DNA from: Eledone cirrhosa
Taxonomy: Eukaryota
Assembly: GCA_964016885.1 (NCBI GenBank)
Contig: OZ024741.1
Coordinates: 341,496,001-341,560,000, forward strand
Length of the DNA: 64,000 bases
Direction of reading: 5' to 3'
Below are positions 15,100 through 30,279 of the stretch, one piece after another (positions within the stretch are counted from its first letter, which is position 1; every line of letters begins with the position of its first letter). Made by a program: the position numbers and the translations under genes. Under the pieces are notes generated by a model. That model had not been told where the DNA came from, ran no database searches, and worked only from the letters and a program-made list of their open reading frames with translations.

Positions 15100-18000
15100 A
15101 ATACACAACACATTTTTTGCCCTCATTTTCTCTACCATGCTGCCTCTCTACGAAGTCATCTACTCTCTTCCTCTCTCTTACTCTATTATTAGTGTTGTTG
15201 TATTCACTCCTATCGGTTATTTTGCCATGACGGCTACCCTCTCTCTATCTCTCTCTCTTTCTATGAGGGCTACCCTCTCTCTCTCTCTATCTATCTATCT
15301 ATCTCTAAGCCACCTATTACCGCCCCTTCCCTCTCACCCATTCGTTCCTCACTCATCTTGAAGTTCTTGAAGAGATAAGACACACTTGACTCTGAAAGGC
15401 TAAAATGAATCACTAGAGCTGCTAACCACGTTCCAGCCATCCATCCATACAAATCTTTCAGGTATCCCTCTATTTCCCCAATTACAAATGTTCTGCTCAC
15501 ACAATTATTGCTGTATTTATCACTTCACTAGCTTCCACAACACATTTATTTTTTACCCTCATTTTCTCTACCATGCTGCCTCTCTACGAAGTCATCTACT
15601 CTCCTACTCTCTCTTACACCATTATTAGTGTTGTTTTATTTATCAGTTCGCTTTCTCTTCAACTCCTATCCGTCTATTTTGCCATGAGATGCTACAGACC
15701 ATGATTTGGCTACTTACCTCACAATTTCCCTCCCTCCCACCCATAACCTATTCGACCAATCAAACCTCAGCATGCCCCCCTCACCCACTACCAATCCCAA
15801 CAAACTCTGCCATTTCTACTACTACCTACCTCTCTCCTCCCCCGTCCCAGCCCAACACACCCTGCCATTATTACCACCACCACTGTTCTTCTAGCCCTGA
15901 ATTTTCCTACCGTTATGTATGGATGAGCTGAGAATAAATTGAGCAACCCTGAATTAATAAATGAAAATGAATATGAATCCACGAGCTGCCAAGCACCCAT
16001 GTGAAGCTTCAATTCAGAGACAGGAAGCACACGTACACCCCTGCAAAAATCGACCCTTCCCCACGAATGTTGACAAATGCCCAAAACTCCGAGTTGGTAC
16101 CATCAATGTAAGCACGATGAAAGGACGAGCAGGAGAAATCGTAGAGATGCTAGAGCGAAAGGAAATTGATGTATGCTGTGTGCAAGAGACTAGATGGAGA
16201 GGAGAGTCTGCTAGAGTCCTTGTAGGAAAAAGTTAGTGCTACAAATTTGTCTGGGTGGGAAATAGCGATGGGATGGGTGGTGTAGATATTCTACTAGCTG
16301 ACAAGTGGGTAGATAAAGTAATCTCAGTGTACAGGGTAAATGCAAGAATCATTAAACTCAGACTAGTCCTGAATGAAACAATTACCACAATAATATCAGC
16401 TTACGCACCCCAATCGAGGTTGCCAGACGAACTTAAGGATAGATTTTACGAGTCCCTAATGCACACTACTTCTCTAACAAACGACAATGACTTCCTAATC
16501 ATCGCAGGAGATGTTAACGGACACGTAGGTAAACACCGTGACGGCTTCAATAGAGTCCATGGAGGCCATGGGGTTGGCACAAGAAATGAGGAAGGATTCA
16601 GACTTCTAGAATTCTGCAACGCCAATGACATGTCGATATGTTATACAAACTTCAAAAATCCCGACAACCACCTGATCACCTATAGATCAGGAGAGCATTC
16701 TAGTCAGATAGATTTTATCCTCATCAGAGGACGTGACAGATGGACGGTCGTAAACACAAAAGCCTTCCCTAGTGAGGAATGTTCCTCCCAACATAGCTTA
16801 GTTGTCAGTGACCTCACGGTCAGAACTAGACGAACCTGGAAACAGAGGCCAACCTGGAGAAGAAAGATCTGGAAGCTGAAAGACCCCTCAGCCAGTAACA
16901 GATTTACTCAACGCCTACGACAGTAAAGAAGAACAGATACAGACATTCAATGTAGAAGAGCACTGGGAGTTCCTAAAAAATAACTTACTAGAGGCGACGG
17001 ATGAGATCTGTGGCTGGAGTAAGACCACAAGCAGGAGGAGAGTGACTTGGTGGTGGAACAATAAGGTAGATGAGGCAGTTAAGGCCAAGAGATAGGCATG
17101 GAAATAATGGAAGAACGGGGGAAGCAGGGTACATTACATAGAGACCAAGAGGGAAGCTAGGCGACAAGTATACTTAGCTAGGAGGGAAGCAGAGGATAGA
17201 AAATTCAAGCATGTTTTGCAACGTGAGGACCAGAAACAGGAGGTGTTCAAGATTGCGAGGCAGTGTGTCAGAGAGGATTGTGATGTCATTGGAGAGAAGT
17301 GTATCCGGAATGATAAAGGTGAGCTTGCTGAGAAGAAAGATGCATGGAAGAGCCATTATGATAGATTACTAAATGAGGAGAATGCATGGGAAGAAGAGAC
17401 CATACCCCAAGTAGACCCTTTAGAGGGGCCAGCAGTACAAGTCAGCAGTGGCGTAGTAAGTAAGGCAATCAAAGATATGAAGATGGGGAAGGCAACCGGT
17501 CCATCGAGTATAGCTGCCGAGATGCTGAAGGCAGCTGGGTCTGTAGGTCACACTATAACCACACGTATTGTTAACCAGGTAATACTAGGTGTCATACCAA
17601 AAGATTGGTGCAGTAGCATCATTGTCAACTGCTACAAAGGTAAAGGTGATGCACTAGATAGAGGAAACTATAGAGGTATAAAGCTGATGGACCAGGTCAT
17701 GAAAGTAACAGAAAGAGTTATAGCACAGTTGATTAGGGACCGGGTGAAACTAGATGAGATGCAATTTGGGTTTGTACCAGGAAGAGGCACCACTGATGCC
17801 CTCTTCCTTGTGAGGCAGTTACAGGAAAAGTACCTAGCTAAAAGTAAGCCACTCTACCTGGCATTCGTCGATCTCGAGAAAGCCTTTGACAGAGTTCCAC
17901 GTGCTATAATCTGGTGGGCTCTTAGAAAACTAGGAGTAGATGAATGGCTAGTGAAAGCTGTACAAGCCGTGTATAGAGGAGCAGTCAGCAAAGTTAGGAT

Positions 18001-19408
18001 TAGCAAAGAGCATAGCGAGGAATTTAGCGTACAGGTTGGTGTCCACCAGGGCTCTGTTCTTAGCCCTCTCCTGTTCATCATAGTCCTGCAGGCAATAACG
18101 GAGGAGTTTAAGACCGGATGCCCATGGGAACTCCTGTATGCAGATGACCTCGCACTTATAGCTGAATCTATGGTAGAACTAGAGAAAAATTCCAAACTTG
18201 GAAGCAGGGATTAGAAAGAAAGGTCTCAAAGTCAACCTGACAAAGACTAAGGTCCTTGTAAGTAGACTAGAAAACAGAATTCAGATCCCCTCAGGGAAAT
18301 GGCCTTGCTCATTATGTAGGAAAGGTGTAGGTAGGAACTCCATTCTCTGCCCCAAATGCAAACAATGGGTACACAAGAGATGTAGTGGGATCTCAGGAAG
18401 CTTAATTAAGAATGTAGGCTTCACATGTAGCAGCTGTGTTGGGACAGCAAGCAGCAAACAGCCACAGGAAACAAGTACCACCAATCACTGGGAGGGCTCT
18501 GTAGAAACAGTAGACAGCTTCTGCTACCTAGGTGACCAAATTAGTAGCGGAGGTGGGTGTTCAGAAAGTACAATAACTAGGGTAAGAACAGGATGGAAGA
18601 AGTTCAGGGAACTACTGCCACTGCTAGCTGCAAAAGGTTTTCCCTCAAAATGAAAGGCAGACTGTACGATGTGTGTATACGAACAGCAATGTTACATGGT
18701 AGTGAGACCTGGACGCTGAAGGTGGAAGACTTACATAGATTAGAAAGAAATGAAGCCTGCATGCTCCGATGGATGTGTAATAGTAATATACGCGAACGGC
18801 AAAGCATAAATGAATTGAGAGAGAGACTGAGCATAAGAGGAATCAAATGCTGTGTGCAGGAGAGGCGGTTGCGTTGGTATGGACATGTGATGCGTATGAA
18901 GGATGACAGCTGCATAAAAAGGTGCAGAGCACTAGAAGTCAATGGAAACTGCGGAGTGGGGAGACCCAAGAAGACTTGGGATGAGGTGATAAAAGCCGAT
19001 CTTACCCAATTACACCTCTCAAAGGCGATGACACACGACCGTGACCTCTGGCGTCACGCAGTAATACAGAGTACCCGACCTCCCATGGGTACAAGCTGAA
19101 GCATATAGACAATATGCCCCCACACTCTCCCACTGCAAAGTGGTTGTGGAGGTGCCACGGCAAAAAAGCACCCAGCCCACACTGTAAAGTGAACGTGTAG
19201 GCGCCACAGAAAAAAGCACCCAGCACTCACTGTAAATGAGGTTGGTGTTAACAAGGGCATCCAGCTGTAGAAATCAAGCCAAAATCAGTTCCTGTATGAG
19301 CAAGGCATGGTCAGCTGACCAGACACTGCCCACAACAGGACAACCCGTCTAACCCATGCTAGCATGGAAGAACGGACGTAAAACGGTGATGATGATGATG
19401 ATGATGAC
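15100..19408 (+). mobile_element. Near full-length RTE-clade LINE (subfamily B), disabled
   Basis: Pyrimidine-rich leader with an internal duplication (about 15105 and 15537), APE 16080-16850, RT 17216-18214 (LLYADD), PHD insert, several stops and frameshifts, (GAT)n tail. Confidence 0.92.
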
Positions 19409-19979
19409 ACGATATGCCTATATATATTTATATATATATATACATATATATATATACATATACATGTATATATATACCTATACACACATACAAACACACA
19501 GACATATATGTATATATATATAAAATAAATATACATACATATATATATATATATATACATACATATATATACACACACATACACACACATATATATATAC
19601 ACATACATACATCCACACACATACAACCACATACATCCACATACATGCACATACAAAAAAACCTACAATAAAATAGATAGATGAATCTCAAAGGTACATA
19701 ACCCACGTACATACGTACACATACGCGCGCGCGCACATGCACGCAAATAAAAATTAACACATGCATATAAACATATACGTAAATCCATACACACATATAT
19801 ACAAAAAAACAAAAACATATATACATACACATATATATATATATATATATATACATACATATACATATATATATATATATACACTCACACATGTTTACAT
19901 AAATATACACACACACCCCTATACATACACACACATATATAAATATATACACACACACATACACGTGCATGTGTGTTTG

Positions 19980-22450
19980 TGCATAAACATATAGGCAGAC
20001 AAACTATAAATACACACACGCTCGCAGGTGGGAGTATAAAAAGGGGGGTACCAAAATCTGAAAAAATGATATACTCCAGAAGACATGTCGAGTGCTTCGA
20101 ATCAGTAAAAATTATATATTTTTGTTGAATAACCGACAAAATAAATATCCCTATGCTTATAAATACGTGTACACATACACATACATATATATACACACAC
20201 ATATATATATACACATATATATATATATATATATACGCACATATATATACACACACACATATCAAATAATAAAAACACGTATATATGTATGTACACATAA
20301 GCCTGTCTGCATATGCGCCCACATACAACCATATGTGAGTACAATTAAAAACCTAGTGGGTAAGTAAGGACAAGAGGGAGTAAAACTGAGATCAATTAAT
20401 AAAAACAATTTATAAGAACAGGTAAGGGAGAAAAAGGGTGTAAAGGTTGTAGTAGAGAGTGGATAAGGGTATATAGTTAAAAAGTGATCTGGGTAAAGAG
20501 TGAAGGTGATGGGTGTGTATGTGTTAAAGGTATGGTAGAAAATAGGGGGGGGGGATTTATAAGTCATATGAAAAAAATAAATAAATAAAAGAATAAAAAA
20601 ATATATAGAAAGAGATGAGGGAGAAAAAGTATATATTGGTAGAAAGTATGTGTTCATAAGGTGATGAATTGGTAGTGAGTGGAAGGCGTGATAAGTAAAG
20701 AAGAAGTTCAATGTGGTTGAGTAACCGTTGGTGTGTTAATCCAGTTAAAAAGTAGATGCGATTTCAAGTGCGGACAATATCTAAAGATCTCAGTCTTATA
20801 GTTGAGACAAATGGAAGGGGTTTTCAAATTTTGGAGAATTCTAAATTTTCCGTAGTACACAAAGAACATTTCTTTGTGTCTAAAATAGACCAATCAATAG
20901 TGTACGGAATGTTTTTGTCTTTAAACTCCCACACTTTATTTGCCAGTGCCGTTGCTGTTCTTTTTTCAGAGTGTTTGAAAGAAGCGTCATGTACATAGTA
21001 CCTGGTTTTAAATCTGTCCTGAGTCATGCCAACATATCATGGTGGCATGTTATTAATCATCGGTGTCATACACATTGGCCTCATACACAATACATTTACC
21101 CTGTAATGGGCATTCTTCCGGTTTCCTGCAACTGCATCCTGGATTTCCTCTAGTACCATTAGAGTTGGTAATTTTAGTTTTCATTGATGGGCAGCAAGAG
21201 TAGCTGATTTTAACTACATTTCTATTGAATATCTTATTATATCTATGATTAGGGGGAAAATGTTTGTCTAGAAGGTCGCGGAATTTTCTTCTTACGTTAG
21301 TTTTAACAGTTAGAGAGACGGGGGGTGTAAACCAAATAATTTTTCTTTTCCTGTTATTGTGTTTAGTGTTAGAAAGAGGAGTAGGTAAATATTTAATTTG
21401 TTCGGTGAATCCGCTGTTATTGAGAGCTTTATTATAATAAGGGGCGGCTTTGTTAAAAATGTCTATAGACGAAGATAAGGTAGAAATCCTACGGCTAATG
21501 TTAGGAATAAGATTTTTAAAGACTATAGGGGCATGGCATGACTCTTTGTGTATATATCTTAAATTTTCATTAGGTTTATGATAAGGTTTAAAGGAGGCGG
21601 TAAGTAGGTCAATAGATCAATTTATCAAGGTTATGGCTGATGGTGGTATGAGAAACTGCCAAACCGTCGTCTCGGTATAAACCGATATTATGGCAAGGAA
21701 ATTTCTCTTTAAGGGGTGGAGGAGGAATAATCCTACTAAGTCGCACACATCGGCACTATCATATGAGCCCATCGCAACATGAAAAGAGTTTTCAGGGCTT
21801 GATTTTTTAACCCAACTACCTTCATTAGCAAAGAGTAGTGTTGTCCTAGCATGAAAGATAACGTCTTCTTCTAATTTAGAAATATTAATGAAAAGTCTAG
21901 CAAAATCTAAGACTTTAGTTAATAAGGATTCTGTGATAGAGGGGTAAAAATCAACAATATCAAATTGGGTAAATCTACACTTATTTTTTCCTTGTATATT
22001 ATTAAACCAAGAAATAACAGAGGATGTATTTAACAATTGAGATAAGTCAGTCATAGTTCTTATTTGAAGTATTATTTTTCTTAAGATTTTTTTACTAGCA
22101 AGGCCAATTTCAGATTTAGCAGGGTTGATTAGCTTACAATTAGGTCGATTCGTAAAGTCTAATTTATGGTCTTTAAGGGTAATATATGATTTACGTTTAG
22201 CTAGGCTTTCAATCCGGTTATCAATTTTTAAAATACTAGCTAGGGCTTTAGCTTCATTATTAATGGTATTGTAAGTATTAATGTTAGCTATTTGATATTT
22301 AGCCGTAATGCTATCTGTTAATATTTGGTTATACGAATTGTTATTTACTTCAAAAGATTTTTGGTTTTGTCAGAAAAAACGAAAGAATTTGGAGAGTGTT
22401 TAAAATTAGAAATGTCGTTAAAGAGTTTGGATTGAAAATGATTGTTGCAC
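19980..22450 (-). mobile_element. Degenerate Penelope-like element (RT + C-terminal GIY-YIG), Hydra-clade-like
   Basis: FDIVDFYPSIT, MGSYDSADVCDLVGL, CSCRKPEECPLQGKC-IVY, YVGMTQDRFKTRY..H, CSLC. Clade label is from remembered motif similarity. Confidence 0.85.
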
Positions 22451-22489
22451 TTACAGTGTTGACTTTATTTTTATTTTTATTTTGATTTT

Positions 22490-22524
<35 letters not shown>

Positions 22525-22630
22525 AATTTTTTGTTCTTATTTATTTATTTAGTTATTTCTGTTTCTAAACTACTTCCCAATGACTCGTACATATTGCTTG
22601 TGTATGTATATATGTATGTATGTGTATGTG

Positions 22631-22705
<75 letters not shown>

Positions 22706-24486
22706 AGAAAGTGAGGTTTTTTTACAAAATGAAAAATAACCGAGGTGTCCTACACGAGTGAAAGTATAAAAAAAAAAAGATGAAATCGAAAATGCAACTG
22801 GAGTCTTATTTAAAAAAATATATATATATTTATTTGGTTCCTTTACCGGTTTCGCAGTTCTTCTGCTTTTCAAAAGTAGAGTTGAGATGGAGGGTCTGTG
22901 GTTTTTCTCACATCTGGTTGGTCTTAGAATGTTATTTGTTTTATATGGAGAAAAGTGACTCTTAAAAAAGACACAAATATTGAAACTGACATACACTACA
23001 AACCAACAGATTCCAAACAATACCTGCTATTCCTCTCCAACCATCCAAAGCACACGAAGACGAACATTCCTTTTAACCTAGCAAGAAGTATTTGCACAAT
23101 TGTCTTCAATTATGAAACGCGAAATAAAAGACTTCAAGAATTAAAGGAAATTCTACTCGAAAGACAGTACCCACAATTACTAATAAATAATGGAATAGAA
23201 AGGACTAAAGCAATAGGCATTGAGGAATTACGAAAACAGAAATAAATTCAACGTACGTCCAATATTCTATCATATATCTCAACACACAACCCAAGAAATG
23301 CGGAAGCTTACAACACTATTCACAAGAACATCCCACTATTGAAACAAGACCCAAGAATGAAAAAAGTCCTGGAAACACACAAAATAATCAAAAGCAAAAG
23401 ACAACCGAAATCACTGAAAACATTACTCACCAATGCCAAATTACCTACCGCAAACCCACAACCAACTGTCAAAAAATGTGGTCGCTCTAATTGTGGAACC
23501 TTCACTCACCTCATTGAAGGCAACACGTATACATTTCAATCAGGACAAAATTTTGCTGTAAAAAATCACTTCACTTGCTCATCAAAAAATCTAATTTATG
23601 CCATTAAATGTAAAGGATGCAATGAAGATTATATAGGACAAACTAAACTCACACTCAGAAACAGAATGACAGTTCATCGCCAACAATTACGATATCCAAC
23701 CACAAGACAGATACCACTAAGTGCACATCTAGACATTTGCGCAACTAATAAGACACCCAAATTCCAAGTCTTCCCATTTTACCTTTGCGCTGACAATACA
23801 ACAGAACAAATACGAATAAATAAGGAAAATATGTTTATTCAAAAATATAGACCAGCATTAAATATGGTTTAATATACATTATGTCAACACCATAACATGC
23901 TAACCATCCAAATAGACACATACACACACACATAACACCTACTTTAGAAAATAAAAACCCGAACTAAATAAACCTTAACATACGTTTGCGCGGACAATAC
24001 AACAGAACAAATACGAATAAATAAGGAAAATATGTTCATTCAAAAATATTTCTACTAACGGAATCATTTTCCTACACACACACACACACACACAAAATAT
24101 ATATTCTCTTCATCTTAACATGCTAACCATACCCCCACACACACATAACACCCATACACACACACACATAACACCCCCCCCCCCCGACACGCACACAACT
24201 CCCTCCCCCATTTCTAATAGAATCACTTTCCTACAAACATACACACATACACAAAATGTATATATTCTCTCCATCTTAACATACTCCCACACACACACAC
24301 ATAACACCCATATACACACACACACACAACTCTCTCCCCCATTTCTACTAATAGAATCATCTTCCTATACACACACACACACACAAATAAAGATACATAT
24401 CTCTATTTTCTTTATTTCAATATTCACTGAACCAGAACTATTCTCCCCCATCCCATTTCTCTTGACCATTATCTTTTGTTTGTCAA

Positions 24487-24670
24487 TGGTGGATTGGCAG
24501 TATCGGTAGAGGGTCTGACGCCATGCTTTGACGCATAGAGTTACGGCCCTTGCCATTCTGAGTTCAAATCCCGCCGAGGTTAACTTTGCCTTTCATCCTT
24601 ACGGGGTCAATAAAATAAAGTACCAGTAATGCACTGGGTAATTGCTGGCCTTGTGCCAAAAGTAGAAACA
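24487..24670 (+). mobile_element. Meta-domain SINE with 18-bp TSD
   Basis: ATTATCTTTTGTTTGTCA at 24468-24485 and 24671-24688; the empty site is seen in the duplicated UTR near 24967. Confidence 0.9.
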
Positions 24671-25425
24671 ATTATCTTTTGTTTGTCATAAAATTCTCTA
24701 AAAGGCTACAAAATAAATTCCCAAATACGGGCGCGAAATTTAATGAACTTGTTCACGTGACAGTCATAATTTCATTTATAATCAATCAAATTACATTTAT
24801 TTTTAAAAAAAGCCTTCGTGAGCCACTTTTTTTAAAGTAAAAAGAAATTCAAACAAACTGACGCGAAAGCTGATTTGCTTATTCGCGTGACTTCACTCAT
24901 ATATGAAAAAACAACCTACCATATTCACTGAACCAGAACAATTCCCCCATCCCATCTCTCTTGACCATTATCTTTTGTTTGTCATAAAACTCTCTAAAAG
25001 GCTACAAAATAAATTCCCAAATACGGGCGCGAAATTTAATGAACTTGTTCACGTAACAACATTAATTTCATTTATAACCAATCAAATTACATTTATTAAA
25101 AAAAAAAGCCTTCGCGAGCCCCTTTTTTTTAAGTAAAAAGAAATTCAAACAAACTGGCGCGAAAGCTGATGTGCTTATTCACGTGACTGCATCAACCAAC
25201 CAAACTTCACTTATATATGAAAAACAACCTGAGCCGCCCCCCCCCCCTTGTTTGAAGAATTTTGTAACGCGAACTGGCGCGAAGTTTATTATACTTATTG
25301 ACCAACCAATCAAATTACTTCTCTAAAAACGTGGCGTTTCGAGCCACTTTTCTCCATATAAAACAAGTAACATTCTAAGACCAACCAGATGTGAGAAAAA
25401 CCACAGACCCTCCATCTCAACTCTA

Positions 25426-25461
25426 CTTTTGAAAAGCAAAAGAACGGCGAAACCGGTAAAG
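25426..25461 (+). ncRNA. Minimal hammerhead, U3-A8 variant (mirror copy about 22841-22876 on minus has intact stem II)
   Basis: CTT-TTGAAAA-GCAG aagaa CTGC-GAAAC CG GTA-AAG in the minus copy; the plus copy has two stem II mismatches. Confidence 0.55.
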
Positions 25462-25522
25462 GAACCAAATAAATATAGATATATTTTTTTAAATAAGACT
25501 CCAGTTGCATTTTCGATTTCAT

Positions 25523-25632
<110 letters not shown>

Positions 25633-26202
25633 GTGTATCCCACCCTTGCAAGCAGGGAAAAAGCGGACGTAAAATGAAATGAAATGAAATGTATATGTGT
25701 ATGTGTGTGTATGCTTGTATATATATGTGTGTATGGATATGTGTGTGTACGTGTGTGTGTATATATATATATGTGTGTGTATGTGTATATACACATGCGC
25801 GTATGTATAGAGCTTCTTGTTCTTGTGTTTTTGTGTTTGTATGTATGTTTATATGTGTGTGTACACCCCATTTTTACATGTGCGCGTGTGTATTTGTGTG
25901 TACATATTTGAGTGCATATATATCTGTGTATATGTATGTATTTATGTTCCTAGTCGTATTCCCATGTAGACGCAAATACGCTTATGTGAAAAAGTATACG
26001 TCTCCGTACTATTACGTATATGCGCGTAGTTGAGTGTGTGTATGTTTGTGTTCTGGATATTTATTTTTTTATATATATTTTATATATTTTTTCCTCTATT
26101 TCCTTTTTGCCCGTTTTTTTTTCAGTGTCACTTTCATATTTCCTAAATTTTGTTTTCAAATCCGTATTTAATAAAAACATCATGTTATTTATTCATTCTG
26201 AC

Positions 26203-26250
26203 AACTGACGACAGACACAACATCTGCCTTCAAGAAACCATTGGTAAATG
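26203..26250 (+). ncRNA. Degenerate hammerhead in a PLE pseudo-LTR (related copy about 50730-50772 on minus)
   Basis: CTGACGA-CAG..CTG..-GAAAC CATTG GTA, followed by AATGAAATAATTATCTT shared with the 50700-50860 palindrome. Confidence 0.45.
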
Positions 26251-26313
26251 AAATAATTATCTTATGTTGTTTATTACACATATATATATATATATATTAC
26301 ATCATATATATAT

Positions 26314-26863
<550 letters not shown>

Positions 26864-26944
26864 GGGGGGTGGAGAGAGAGAGAGAGAGTAACATGATAAA
26901 GTACAACAGCAAGAACACTATTATCACCAACATCAACAAGAGCA

Positions 26945-27570
26945 ACACTACCACCACCACCTTCACTGCTACCACCACCACCTTCACTGCTACCACCACC
27001 ACCTCCACTGCTACCACCACCACCTCCACTGCCAGTACCACCACCACCACCACTGCCATTACCACCATCTTCACTGCTACCACCATCTTCACTGCCATCA
27101 CCACCACCACCACTGCCATCACCACCACCACCACTGCCATTACCACCACCTCTACTGCCATCACCACCACCACCACTGCCATCACCACCACCTCCACTGC
27201 CATCACCACCACCACCACCACCACCACCACCACCACTGCCATCACCACCACCAGCACCACTGCCATCAGCACCACCACCACCACTGCCATCACCACCACC
27301 ACCACTGCCATTACCACCATCTTCACTGCTACCACCACCACCTCTACTGCCATCACCACCACCACCACTGCCATCACCACCACCACCACTGCCATCACCA
27401 CCACCTCCACTGCCATCACCACCACCACTGCCATCACCACCACCTCCACTGTCATCACCACCACCACCACTGCCATTACCACCATCTTCACTGCTACCAC
27501 CATCTTCACTGCTACCACCACCACCACCACTGCCATCACCACCACCACCTCCACCTCCACTGCTACACCT
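26945..27570. repeat. (ACC)n/ACCACTGCCATC low-complexity minisatellite
   Basis: Degenerate trinucleotide-based repeat giving poly-T/V/G ORFs in several frames. Confidence 0.95.
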
Positions 27571-27691
27571 CAATGTACTAACATTACACGTCCATCAAAG
27601 CATGCTTAATTTATTTACATTCATATAAATGGATTAGATTTTTGTCTATGTATATTATACACCCGCACAAGTGATGTATATTTTAATATGA

Positions 27692-27783
<92 letters not shown>

Positions 27784-27784
<1 letters not shown>

Positions 27785-28107
27785 CATCATCATTTAACGT
27801 CCACTTTTCCTTGCTTGCAAGGGTGCGACGGGAACTGATTCTGGCTTGATTTCTACAGCTGGATGCCCTTCCTAACACCAACCTCATTTACAGTGAGTGC
27901 TGGGTGCTTTTTTGCCGTGGCACCTCCACGACCACTTTGCAGTGGAATGATAGGGACCCCAGTCCCTATCATCTCATTTCTACAGCTGAGTAAACTGGAG
28001 CAATGTGAAATAAAGTGTCTTGCTCAAGGAAACAACACATCACCCGGTCTGAGAATTGAACTCACAACCTTTTGATTGCAAGGCCAATGCTCTAGCCATG
28101 TGCCTCC
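27784..28107 (-). mobile_element. CORE-type SINE copy
   Basis: Same family as 3350-3680. Confidence 0.9.
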
Positions 28108-28114
28108 ATATATG

Positions 28115-28187
<73 letters not shown>

Positions 28188-28208
28188 CTATGTATATATA
28201 TATATATC

Positions 28209-28312
<104 letters not shown>

Positions 28313-28353
28313 TATATGAATATATATATATATATATATATGAATATATATGA

Positions 28354-28387
<34 letters not shown>

Positions 28388-28390
28388 GAA

Positions 28391-28431
<41 letters not shown>

Positions 28432-28433
28432 GA

Positions 28434-28469
<36 letters not shown>

Positions 28470-28485
28470 GAATATATATATATAT

Positions 28486-29417
28486 ATATTGTTATACTTT
28501 GGGAGGGTCATGTTGCCAATAACAAACACACGCACCAGTTGCTTTCACTTCAATTTAATTTATTATATATTTATAAATTTACAAATTTATAAATTTCTGG
28601 TTGGTTGGTTGGTTCCACAACCAGATAGTTGTTTATATATATAGAGACCTCCAAGATAGTAAAGAATCATCTGTGCTCTACCAACATGCTAAGATAGAAC
28701 ACAGGGGTAAATTAGAGAGCATAGAAATAAAAATAGAATCCACACACAAGAAAGACGCAATGTTTAGGCAAATTATAGAGGCAGTAAGCATAAAAGAATT
28801 AAAACCAAAATTAAATAGAAAATATGAGTGGAACAGCAACATCACAACTTACAATTAAGGACAAAATGAAAACACACACACACACATAGAACAAACAACT
28901 TACAATTGAAAACACACACAAAATGAAAACACACACAAGACAAAATGAAAACACACACACACATAGAACAAACAACCAACCAACAATAAATAAATAAATA
29001 AACAAACAAATATAAATAGAAAAATAGAAAAATGAACACAAACACACACAGACACCCGGATGTGGCGCATGCGCAAACTGAGCACGCAACCCACACACAA
29101 ACAAAATGGCGTAGGATAGAAGAAAGGAAAGGCACAGAAACGAAGAAAGAAATCCCCAGTCACTGAAGAGGTCACAGAGTGTGTGACGAAAGAACTATGA
29201 CTATATATATATAAACAACTATCTGGTTGTGGAACCAACCAACCAACCAGAAATTTATAAATTTGTAAATTTATAAATATATAATAAATTAAATTGAAGT
29301 GAAAGCAACTGGTGCGTGTGTTTCTTATTGGCAACATGACCCTCCCAAAGTATAACAATATCGGTTTCAACACACGATTTCAGATAAAGAATCTTGCTAA
29401 ACAAATTCAGAAACGAA

Positions 29418-29420
<3 letters not shown>
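28486..29420 (+). mobile_element. PLE 3' end (GIY-YIG C-terminus + pseudo-LTR) with inverted 5' pseudo-LTR piece, Nematis-like
   Basis: SVLYQHAKIEH...AMFRQIIEAVSI...LNRKYEWN (28645-28858); 28486-28640 is the inverse of 29205-29360; a further copy lies at 36640-37185 on minus. Confidence 0.8.
29158..29202 (+). ncRNA. Minimal type I hammerhead ribozyme (copy about 36852-36895 on minus)
   Basis: AGTCA-CTGAAGA-g GTCAC agagtgt GTGAC-GAAAG aa CTA-TGACT. Confidence 0.7.
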
Positions 29421-29455
<35 letters not shown>

Positions 29456-29478
29456 GAATATATATATATATATATATA

Positions 29479-29527
<49 letters not shown>

Positions 29528-29528
29528 G

Positions 29529-29656
<128 letters not shown>

Positions 29657-29658
29657 TG

Positions 29659-29776
<118 letters not shown>

Positions 29777-29778
29777 TA

Positions 29779-30228
29779 TGGATGTGTAATAGTAATATAC
29801 ATGAACGGCAAAGCATAAATGAACTAAGTGAGAAATTAGGAATAAGAGGGATCAGATGCTGTTTACTCGAGAGAAGACTACGTTGGTATGGTCACGTGAT
29901 GCGCATGAAAGACGACAGCTGTATAAAAAAGTGCAGGGCGATAAAAATAGACGGTAGCCACGGAGGAGGCAGACCCAGAAAAACCTGGGACGACTTGATA
30001 AATTCCGACCTCACACACTTACACCTCTCCAAGACAATGTTACTGGACCGAGATCTTTGGCGCTACACAGTCATACAAAAGACCCGCCTTGCCTAAGTAC
30101 AAAGCGAAACCTATAGTCAGTAGGCACCTCCAACAAAATACATCCCCCCCTCCGTTCCACCATCCCCACAATATCCACACCACCCCCTTAAATGTGCATT
30201 TATGTTGGTACCACAACATCCAGTCCGA

Positions 30229-30232
<4 letters not shown>
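29779..30232 (+). mobile_element. RTE-A 3' fragment
   Basis: [16 protein letters not shown]...[11 protein letters not shown]...KTRLA* plus partial 3' UTR. Confidence 0.9.
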
Positions 30233-30275
<43 letters not shown>

Positions 30276-30279
30276 TATA

